A stretch of DNA of 64,000 nucleotides from a virus (Duplodnaviria > Caudoviricetes). Every line of letters begins with the position of its first letter. Position 1 is the first letter of the stretch. Location: the IMG/VR virus record IMGVR_UViG_3300035365_000057, positions 12,555-76,554 of that record, one strand, 5' to 3'. Below are positions 20,912-28,839 of the stretch, piece by piece. The position numbers and the translations under genes are program-made. The notes under the pieces were generated by a model that searched no databases, was not told where the DNA came from, and saw nothing but the letters and a program-made list of their open reading frames with translations.

Positions 20912-20968
20912 TCTTCTAATGCAGCCAGATAAAGACAGTCACAAGCCTGTTTAATGCAGAGTGGAAGA
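20912..20968 (+). ncRNA. Twister self-cleaving ribozyme
   Basis: P1 TCTTC/GAAGA, TAATGCAGC, P4 ACAG-TCACAAGC-CTGT, then TGCAGAGT; matches the conserved blocks of twister env9-type RNAs as I recall them (UAAUGCAGC, GCGG-UUACAAGC-CCGC, GCAGAGU). Confidence 0.85.
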
Positions 20969-21498
20969 TCGTACGATTGAGTTTAGGTTTGACTCATAAA
21001 ATAAAGTAACTAATCTTAAAGCAAGCAACGGAGAATAACGCTGTACCAAAACAGAGGACAATGGTGCTTGACAGTATGACACTAACTGATAAATAATGTG
21101 TTGTGAAAATTAATTAAAATTCATGAATTTTACTCAAGCTATATAGTGTGAGTAAACGTACAGCCGCACGTTAGTGGGTTACAGTTCGTATTCTAGCAAG
21201 AAAAGAATATTGTATTGCCGAAAACTGGGGACATGTAAATAATACGTAGGTTCCGTACACATGTTGAAGAAACCAATCGAATAGTAAGCATAGAGAAATA
21301 GGCAAACGACCAGCCAAAATGGTAGTGCTTACAAATAAAAAAGATAAGAGAAAGTGATATCCGTGCATATATAGATATCTTAGTATAGTTAAGGCCTCAA
21401 GCTGCACTGAGCAAATATATTACACTTATCTTTATTAAACTCTTTACTGAATTGCAGCCTAAATATGTCAAAGGTAGCGCATGAAAGTAAAGAGTTTC

Positions 21499-21679
21499 TA
21501 CACTGTGAGAATCAGTGTCAACTTTGTGGGGCTTATATTTAGATGAGCGCACAAAAGTAAACCTATATTGTGTGTAGCATTTCGAAAAATTATATTTAAA
21601 CTAGCTAGATAATTCGTAGAAAGAGTGATATCAGTATAGAGAGACTTTTGCATCTAATATTAGTGCAGAGAAATCAAAG
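21499..21679 (+). ncRNA. Hatchet self-cleaving ribozyme 1 (with ~100-nt insertion)
   Basis: P1 ACACTG-TGAGAAT-CAGTGT, CAA, CTTTG, TGGGGCTTATA, TTAGATG/CATCTAA stem, TATTAGTGCAG, closing CAAAG. Confidence 0.85.
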
Positions 21680-21783
21680 ACAAGATTATATCCTGAGTGT
21701 ATAATCTAGTAAACTACTAGAGGCTGGTCACCTCGGCAGGAAAGCGCGACCATGGAGAGGTTTGTGGTAGTACCTCTCCGCTC

Positions 21784-21889
21784 TTTATGGTGAGAATCCA
21801 TGACAAGCATGTGGGGCTTATATCTTTATGAGAGACAATACGGTAAAAATACCCTTCATAAAGTATTAGTGCGGACTTAAAAATCATGC
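21784..21889 (+). ncRNA. Hatchet self-cleaving ribozyme 2
   Basis: P1 TTATGG-TGAGAAT-CCATGA, CAA, GCATG, TGGGGCTTATA, CTTTATGA/TCATAAAG, TATTAGTGCGGACTTAAAAAT, closing CATGC. Confidence 0.9.
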
Positions 21890-22054
21890 AATGTAACAAT
21901 TTACTTCTCAATCTCGCGTATAAATACTTCACGTTACAAATCTTGTTACATTTATTTGGGCTAAGTGTAGCCTAGTCATTAGCCACTTTATAAAACCTTC
22001 TTTCTTTTATGTAAAGATCTAGCATATTAGTCTGTGAAGATCGATATGCTAGGT

Positions 22055-22139
22055 GCACTCATGAGATAACCTTCACGTGGTGAGTGTGTAAGTAAGGGTC
22101 TAACAAAACTTCCTATTCTACCCTGAAACTAATATCTCA
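22055..22139 (+). ncRNA. HDV-like (theta-type) self-cleaving ribozyme
   Basis: P1 GCACTC/GAGTGT with first G.U pair; P2 TGAGATA/TATCTCA; P3 ACC/GGT; L3 TTCACGT; P4 AGGGT/ACCCT; J4/2 A-C(22129)-TAA. Confidence 0.85.
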
Positions 22140-22142
22140 AAT

Positions 22143-22227
22143 GCCCGAATGGCGAAATTGGTATACGCATTTCACTTAAAATGAAATATCCATACAGGGT
22201 GTGCGGGTTCGACTCCCGCTTCGGGTA
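22143..22227 (+). tRNA. tRNA-Leu (UAA)
   Basis: GCCCGAA/TTCGGGT acceptor; TTTCA-CT-TAA-AA-TGAAA anticodon arm; long variable arm; GCGGG-TTCGACT-CCCGC. Confidence 0.93.
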
Positions 22228-22276
22228 CAAACACTTTTAAATTAATTTAAAGTTTAATTCATTAATTATCAAAATT

Positions 22277-22534
22277 ATGGAAAAAATTAAAGATTTTCTC
22301 AAGAGAAATGACATTAAGCTAGCAGCAAATGCTAAGGCTAAGAAACTTATTGAAGGTAATGCAGAAGAAGCAACAATCGCCGTGGCTATGAAGTCTACGA
22401 AGGCTTACAAAGAGAACGCCGAATTACGTAGTCTTTGCGACGAAATTATTTCCGCTGCCGGTAAGCAACAAGCTGAACGTAAAGAAGCACCGACTAGCAC
22501 ATCCGATTGTCCTGGAGAAAGAACCAGATGGTAA
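22277..22534 (+). CDS. Hypothetical protein
   Basis: 85-aa ORF with TATCAAAATT-ATG leader. Confidence 0.7.
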   Translation: MEKIKDFLKRNDIKLAANAKAKKLIEGNAEEATIAVAMKSTKAYKENAELRSLCDEIISAAGKQQAERKEAPTSTSDCPGERTRW

Positions 22535-22601
22535 AAATGAATAAAGCTCTATATAGTATTTCTACCATATAGAGCTTTTTAAACTATTAAATTAATTTAT
22601 T

Positions 22602-23837
22602 ATGACTAAATGGCAAGAATCGTGCATTACAGCACTCGCTTCATCACCATTCGCATGGGAAGCCTTTAAAATGAAGCAAAGAAACAAGAACTTATTATGG
22701 CAATATATAAATAGAATATGGCCGTATCACCGTATTGTAAGTACTAATAAAAAGTTATCGAAAGATTCACAAATGATTAATGAATTGAATAGATTACTAG
22801 TATATCTTAAAGCATATGATATAGAATCTAATTGTAATTATGATTTCTCATCGGCTATTGATTTTATAATTACAGATAAAGATATGATAGCAATTGAAGC
22901 AGCACGTTTATTACCAGATTCTGCGAGAAATATATATGATACTAATAGATTTAATGTTACTCTTACAGAAGGTAATTCGGTATCAGGTACTACTGATATT
23001 ATTGAACTTTTAGCGAATCAACAAGTTGGAAATCATATACATTTCAATGCTATTTGTGGACATATGAATAAACCTAAAGAACAAATTAAAAATTGTATTC
23101 ATGGCATTGAACTTTTAATATGTACTTATAATTCGATACATGAAACGCAAAAAGAAACTAAATTAATTAAGAAAAAGATTAAGACATTAAATTGGCTAAA
23201 TATTGGTATTGAAATAGAACATGATGCTTCAAATGAAACCTCTGAAAAAATTGTGAAACGTATTTTACAACAAAATTGTACAGAATACGATTCTGGTTAT
23301 GATGGAGGAATGCGTTCTCGATTACGAGAAAATAGGATTCGTCTTAACGGTATTAAAGGTCTTAAAGGTTTATATACTTTATTACAAGATATGCAAGAAA
23401 ATGCAGCAATTGCTAATAATAGTAGTGTGCATATGCATGTTGATTGTAAATTTGATAATTCTTACGAAAGAATAAAATCAAATGTTAACAGTATGGTTAA
23501 CGAAGGTAGAAGAAACTTTGCAGATCTAGAACAAACTTTTGTAGATATTATTCTAAATTATGAAATTTTAGAAGAATTTGTACAAATTTTTGATTTACAT
23601 AAAATATCGTGTATTTCTGATTTTGAAAGATGGGTAGATTTGAACGGTATTATTCGATTTAATAATGAGTTTAATACTGTTGAATATCGTTTCTGCATAC
23701 CAAACTTTAATTATTCTGATTATGTGATTCAAATATTATTCTTAATACATATTACAGAATGTATTAAGCATAATTCTCCTATTAACAAAAATTACGTAAT
23801 AATGCTATATAGAATAATGAATAGTATACGTAATTAA
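22602..23837 (+). CDS. Putative amidoligase (COOH-NH2 ligase type 2 family) domain protein
   Basis: C-terminal motifs IGIEIEH, SSVHMHVD, TVEYRF. Confidence 0.65.
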   Translation: MTKWQESCITALASSPFAWEAFKMKQRNKNLLWQYINRIWPYHRIVSTNKKLSKDSQMINELNRLLVYLKAYDIESNCNYDFSSAIDFIITDKDMIAIEAARLLPDSARNIYDTNRFNVTLTEGNSVSGTTDIIELLANQQVGNHIHFNAICGHMNKPKEQIKNCIHGIELLICTYNSIHETQKETKLIKKKIKTLNWLNIGIEIEHDASNETSEKIVKRILQQNCTEYDSGYDGGMRSRLRENRIRLNGIKGLKGLYTLLQDMQENAAIANNSSVHMHVDCKFDNSYERIKSNVNSMVNEGRRNFADLEQTFVDIILNYEILEEFVQIFDLHKISCISDFERWVDLNGIIRFNNEFNTVEYRFCIPNFNYSDYVIQILFLIHITECIKHNSPINKNYVIMLYRIMNSIRN

Positions 23838-24245
23838 TAATTAAATTATATTTTAATAGCAAATCGGGAATTAAATGACGATTGACGCTGGACAGACAGC
23901 TGCGCTTGGATGCGTATTTTTAGAAATGTATGATATCAGCATACATTTCAGGTCTCCGACTTTGACAATTATTCCTGATATGTTTAGTTGTCATAACTGG
24001 GATTAATGTTAATAGGTAAGGCCATTACCTAAAACATTCGGTGCCACAACTAGTTCTTGCCAAACAAATGTGGATGGGAGTAATATATTGGAGTAGCTAC
24101 CAATATATTATTCAGCTCTTCATTGGAGTGGTGAACCAATGATTCTAGCCCTATAGTTTAAACATACGTAAAACAAGCCTTAAGAAAGCTTTTGCAATAG
24201 TCGTTCATTGCTAGGGTACATTATTAACTTTAAAATATTATCAAA

Positions 24246-24518
24246 ATGATTAAACCAGTAAATCCAAGGCATCATATTATAGTATATATGCCATTAAGAT
24301 TATTAATGTTCTTGATTAAGAAGAAAATTTTACACCAATGGTTAACTTATGTTATACGAGAACAAACAGGATTAAGAACTGCACCAGAAATAGTCAGATT
24401 CCTAGTATGCCATAAAGAAAACACATTTAGTGGATTATTTCCATGGTCTTATACCGTAGAAGGATCAGACTTTTGGTTAGATGTTGATCGAAAATGGCGG
24501 AATAGTATATGGAAATAA
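24246..24518 (+). CDS. Hypothetical protein
   Basis: 90-aa ORF with TATCAAA-ATG leader. Confidence 0.65.
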   Translation: MIKPVNPRHHIIVYMPLRLLMFLIKKKILHQWLTYVIREQTGLRTAPEIVRFLVCHKENTFSGLFPWSYTVEGSDFWLDVDRKWRNSIWK

Positions 24519-24694
24519 TATTATTGAAAGTAATCATAATAATATTTGCTATGATTACTGGAGGATTTATAACTCTTAGTTTTGTTTGTTTGTTAATTCT
24601 TGAAAAAAAGAAAAGCATCGAGTGCGCAGAATATGCAACAATAAGCTTTATAATAATGCTGTTATTTATAATCTATACATATAACATTAATTAA
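24509..24694 (+). CDS. Small membrane protein
   Basis: 61 aa, two hydrophobic helices. Confidence 0.55.
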   Translation: MEIILLKVIIIIFAMITGGFITLSFVCLLILEKKKSIECAEYATISFIIMLLFIIYTYNIN

Positions 24695-24707
24695 AATTAT
24701 TATCAAA

Positions 24708-25163
24708 ATGGAAAATTTAGAAAAAAAGAAAAGCCACAACTGGATTTGGTGGTTAATCGCGATGATTATCGCATGTGTTACAACTGGTTTCATTGTCCAC
24801 AATAACGGACCTGAGATTAACAAACTCCTTGATCGTGGAAACGATATTGGGTTACAAGAAGGTATTGTATGCGAAGATACGGCATATGCTGAGCCAAGCA
24901 TACAAGATATTCTCGAATTTAGAGAATATGCTCGTGAATGCAAACGAATTGATAGTATATTTATAACAATGCCGGATGTGGTTCTTATTGACATACTCAT
25001 GAATCACGGTACAAGTCTATCAAATTCGGATATTGTATACATATATGAAAACAATCCGAAGACATATAATGCAGTGCAATCAGGGGCAAGAGCTCAAAGG
25101 TATAAAGAACAAATTGAACCAGACAGCTTACCAACAAAGCCTATTCCAGATAAATTGGAATAA
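24708..25163 (+). CDS. Membrane-anchored hypothetical protein
   Basis: 151 aa with N-terminal hydrophobic segment WIWWLIAMIIACVTTGFIV. Confidence 0.7.
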   Translation: MENLEKKKSHNWIWWLIAMIIACVTTGFIVHNNGPEINKLLDRGNDIGLQEGIVCEDTAYAEPSIQDILEFREYARECKRIDSIFITMPDVVLIDILMNHGTSLSNSDIVYIYENNPKTYNAVQSGARAQRYKEQIEPDSLPTKPIPDKLE

Positions 25164-25234
25164 CTTTTTTTATTTGTGTCACTTTACCTTTTTATGTTTT
25201 AAGTCATACTAGTCTGTGAGGATAGGTATGACGT

Positions 25235-25353
25235 CCTCAGAAGATGACAAACCTGTGGGGCGTAAACTATGTCCTATTTTAAGAGTTAGGCTTGCATAAC
25301 TCAGTAAATCAGGATGCAAGAACATAGTGATCGTGCGGACGTTAAAATCAGGT
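25235..25353 (+). ncRNA. Hatchet self-cleaving ribozyme 3
   Basis: CCTCAGAAGATGACAAACCTGTGGGGCGTAA...GATCGTGCGGACGTTAAAATCAGGT, near-identical to the published hatchet construct blocks as I recall them; ACTATGT/ACATAGT insert stem. Confidence 0.92.
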
Positions 25354-25552
25354 ACTCCAATAAGAAATAGTTTGACAGCTTATTTCTGCTTACGAGTTAA
25401 AACTAAAGTAAGATAGTCATATTAAAAATTAACAATAATGTAGATTTTTGTTCTTTTCTAATAACAAATGTGTAATCGGTACTGATCAGAATAGAAAATC
25501 CCAGAGTACCCTGGGCGTCATCAAAATGTTTAACCAAAAAAAATTTATCAAA

Positions 25553-25780
25553 ATGAAAGTAATCGGACATTTTCTGGTAGTAGATCAAGTGTTTACAGAC
25601 TTACCAGAAACAAAAACAGCTTTAGTCGATATCAAAAGTATCGCAAACATAAGCGAAGTAAAACTTAATGAAAAAGATTGTAGAAAAATTTATTTCAACA
25701 ATTGCGCCCCATTAAGTGTAAGCAACACAATGGAAGAAATCATAAATACTTTAGAAGATGCATACACAGAAGAATACTAA
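25553..25780 (+). CDS. Hypothetical protein
   Basis: MKVIGHFLVVDQV... preceded by TATCAAA leader. Confidence 0.65.
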   Translation: MKVIGHFLVVDQVFTDLPETKTALVDIKSIANISEVKLNEKDCRKIYFNNCAPLSVSNTMEEIINTLEDAYTEEY

Positions 25781-26012
25781 AGTGTTTCTGACAGCAATTA
25801 AATTCAATACCACTCATTATCTTGCAAACATGCTTGCTGTAACTAAAATACTCGGTATTCCAATGAGTATGGCAAGAACATTATGCAAGAATAAACCAAA
25901 TGATTGGATTGAAATTGTGCCTTATTTCGAGTTAAAAAGTAAGCATACTCTTGATGAAATACTTACTGAACTTGATGAATACGAAATCGAAATCAAAACA
26001 CTTAATCAATAA
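25758..26012 (+). CDS. Hypothetical protein
   Basis: 84-aa ORF. Confidence 0.6.
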   Translation: MHTQKNTKVFLTAIKFNTTHYLANMLAVTKILGIPMSMARTLCKNKPNDWIEIVPYFELKSKHTLDEILTELDEYEIEIKTLNQ

Positions 26013-26015
26013 GTT

Positions 26016-26480
26016 ATGAAAGCAATAGTTATTTTAATTGATGGTTCTCTTGGACAAGAACCACATGAAACAAACGCAATGTCCAATATGATTTCAGCAT
26101 TGTTGAAATCGCCAGGAGTAACAATCAATAACGAAACCATCAAAACAGCAATACTGTACGATGAAGATGTCGCAAAATGTTTAGTACAACACATTGTTAC
26201 ACCAGCAAAGAAACCTTCAAAAACTGAAATAGAAACAGCAAAAGAAGTACAATTACAAGCTTTTTGCAAAGACGTATTAGGCGCATGTGGAGAACAACCA
26301 CTTGCAGATCAAGCGGCATACAGACGTAAATTCATTACGTGGATGTTGAATGATACAAAAGCATATTCGTCAGAAATTGTTCAAAGCTTAACGAATCCAA
26401 CAAAAAGACAAATGGAAATTCTCCGTGAACATGGTTTACAAAACATTCCCGCTTATCTCAAAATTATCCAACAGATATGA
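26016..26480 (+). CDS. Hypothetical protein
   Basis: 154-aa ORF. Confidence 0.7.
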   Translation: MKAIVILIDGSLGQEPHETNAMSNMISALLKSPGVTINNETIKTAILYDEDVAKCLVQHIVTPAKKPSKTEIETAKEVQLQAFCKDVLGACGEQPLADQAAYRRKFITWMLNDTKAYSSEIVQSLTNPTKRQMEILREHGLQNIPAYLKIIQQI

Positions 26481-26650
26481 GCCAGAAAAAAGTAGAATTT
26501 AGAAATAAATTCAGAAAAGAAGTTTCAGACATGAACAAAAACATCAAACAAGCAGAAACTTCAATAAAAATCTTTGACGAAAAGTTCAAAAAGAGACCAA
26601 AGCATAAAAAAATGGAACCATACAAACGTGATAAAAAATTATGGAGATAA
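26477..26650 (+). CDS. Small basic protein (57 aa)
   Basis: MSQKKVEFRNKF...KMEPYKRDKKLWR; ATGA overlap. Confidence 0.55.
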   Translation: MSQKKVEFRNKFRKEVSDMNKNIKQAETSIKIFDEKFKKRPKHKKMEPYKRDKKLWR

Positions 26651-26784
26651 AACAAGATTGCCCTACACAAGATAATAAAATCAACTGTAGTGAATGTAGT
26701 CATGAGTGTAAACTCAGAATACAACCAGAAATAGAAGCTAATTCGAATTTGCCAGAGTCCGAATTAGCAACTATATATTACTAA
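26641..26784 (+). CDS. Small Cys-containing protein (47 aa)
   Basis: MEIKQDCPTQDNKINCSECSHECKLRIQ... Confidence 0.5.
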   Translation: MEIKQDCPTQDNKINCSECSHECKLRIQPEIEANSNLPESELATIYY

Positions 26785-26995
26785 CTAAAACTTAGTATAC
26801 ATGGTGGATTCAGTCAACCTAAGAACTATTTTATAACCAGAATCCTAATGGAAGCCCAAAAGGCAAGAGTACAAGGGACCATACAACGGTCAACCAATTT
26901 ATATTGGTCTGGAGAAGAGCAGGGGTTATCTACTAAATAAGACGTACGAATAAGTAGAAATAGTTCTTTTTATTTAAAAATCAAAATTAAAAAAC

Positions 26996-27289
26996 ATGGG
27001 ATTAAGACATTTAATGTATTTTTGCAAAAAACGTGCAAAAAAATACGATTTCACACCAGAAGAATTAAAGTCTGATTTTGATTTTAGCAAAGCAGAAGAA
27101 GACGAAAAACGTTTAGCTAATGTAAAAAGAGAAAGTATCTATCTTACTATTGTAAGAGAAAATACAATCAAAAGAATGCAATCCTATAAAAATAGGAAAG
27201 AAATTAAAGCTGGCGAAAAAGAAAGCTATCGCACAAGAAAATTCAAAGCTTGGCAAAAACGTAAAAAAGCGTATAATCGTGTTAATTAA
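26996..27289 (+). CDS. Basic hypothetical protein
   Basis: 97-aa ORF. Confidence 0.65.
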   Translation: MGLRHLMYFCKKRAKKYDFTPEELKSDFDFSKAEEDEKRLANVKRESIYLTIVRENTIKRMQSYKNRKEIKAGEKESYRTRKFKAWQKRKKAYNRVN

Positions 27290-27321
27290 CATATGTTAAA
27301 TCAATTAAACGTAAATCAATT

Positions 27322-27798
27322 ATGGCAAAAGAAAAAGAAACCAAAGAGGTGAAAACCTCGATCTTCAGTGATGCGAACGAAGAAAACATCCAAGAAGTAA
27401 TCAAAAACGCTTCCATCGTTACCGAAGAAATTGTCACAGCAGCAGCCGAAGACATTGCCAAACGAAGGAAGGAGAAACTTACTGAAGAATTGAAGAATAT
27501 TGTTCAGAAGTGCGACTATACGATCAAGAGCTCTGTATTAGCTGTACGACGCTCTAATCGTATCAACCAACGTAACAAGAAGTATCTGAAGGATCTATCC
27601 GCTTTGGCCGAAGATATCAAGAGTGGAAAGAAACCGACGACTGCTTGGGACAAGGAGGCAAGGGAACTGAAAAAGCAACTCGACAAAGACTTGATTGAAA
27701 TTGGAAAAGATATTGACGAATCACAGCGCGACCTCGACAATATTTTCCCAACTTCATGGAATTGGAGATACGGCGAATTCATTCCTAGCCGTGATTAA
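27322..27798 (+). CDS. Coiled-coil hypothetical protein
   Basis: 158-aa ORF. Confidence 0.7.
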   Translation: MAKEKETKEVKTSIFSDANEENIQEVIKNASIVTEEIVTAAAEDIAKRRKEKLTEELKNIVQKCDYTIKSSVLAVRRSNRINQRNKKYLKDLSALAEDIKSGKKPTTAWDKEARELKKQLDKDLIEIGKDIDESQRDLDNIFPTSWNWRYGEFIPSRD

Positions 27799-28149
27799 CA
27801 AATAAAAGAGGCTCCAAACTTAGAATCTTTGAATCAATAGTTAATGTATGTCTACGCGTGAAAAAAGTACGGTGTACAAAGCACGGCGGTACAAAGACCT
27901 GAATTAACAGGTCTCATGCAGAATCTTTGAATCAGCCATGAGGAGCTACCGTGAACCACTGATCATGAGTCTGAGATCGCGACAATAAGATTGTCCTCTA
28001 GCAATAGAGAAAAGCTTTAGTCGTGATATCAAGTCAGACAGAATATGCAGAATCTTAGAATCTGTATATAGTAATAAATATGCTTTATACACATATTCGT
28101 ATATTATCAAGATCAGAATTATAGGACTAACCATCCTAAGACCAAATAA

Positions 28150-28411
28150 GGCTAGTAACTTTGGTCGGTCACTAGCCTACTATTGACTGTTAGGTCATTA
28201 TACAATCGTTAAGACGGGGCTCTCGGATGCCCCTACCTCCACTAAGTAATGTTTACGTAATTAATTTACACAAGAAACGTTCTATTTTATGTATATTATA
28301 TTAAGGGGGTAAACGGTTTTTGATTAGCGATGAGATGTAGTGAATAGGTCAATAAAGCCGATAAATGGCAAAACTTTCGTAACAGACTACACTCGTATCG
28401 CCGCAGCGTGA
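28150..28411 (+). ncRNA. ssrA: Circularly permuted (two-piece) tmRNA gene
   Basis: Acceptor piece first (GAC-GGGGC-TCTCGGAT-GCCCC-TACCTCC-A, 28213-28241); coding piece later (GGGGGTA...GGTTTTTGA from 28305); G3.U70 pair; three P2 helices between the pieces; tag frame GKTFVTDYTRIAAA-TGA at 28367-28411. Confidence 0.88.
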
Positions 28412-28452
28412 TACAGGAAGTCAACGGCTAAGCTAATGTCGTAAAAAGCTGG

Positions 28453-28508
28453 AGTAGGGAGGTTACCTAGATTAAGTTCTATGGGGAGTTCGATTCTCCC
28501 CTCTACTA
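28453..28508 (+). ncRNA. Minimal tRNA-like element (acceptor stem plus T arm, no D stem)
   Basis: AGTAGGG/CTCTACT 7-bp stem, GGGAG-TTCGATT-CTCCC T arm, discriminator A, internal TAGA/TCTA mini-hairpin. Confidence 0.65.
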
Positions 28509-28545
28509 CTATTAAAATTAAGTTTAATCAATAAATTAATTTGAA

Positions 28546-28839
28546 ATGGGATTAATAACATTTATTAGACGTAATCTACCAGAACCGGTAGAAAAAGCTT
28601 GTTTAGAAATGCGTATGAAAGAACAAGTTGTTCAACGCATTTATGGTGCAGTACCTCAACAATTCAAAAATAAATATCATTACAAAGAAGGGTTGAGTCG
28701 TATAAAACTCATATTTCATTCTATTACCGAAAAAGGTACAGCCATATATCATTTAATTGATATGACTGATGTAGAAGATCTAACTAAGTGGAAAGAATTA
28801 GACAACAAAATCAAAAATTACAAAGAATATGCGCGTTAA
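28546..28839 (+). CDS. Hypothetical protein
   Basis: 97-aa ORF. Confidence 0.65.
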   Translation: MGLITFIRRNLPEPVEKACLEMRMKEQVVQRIYGAVPQQFKNKYHYKEGLSRIKLIFHSITEKGTAIYHLIDMTDVEDLTKWKELDNKIKNYKEYAR

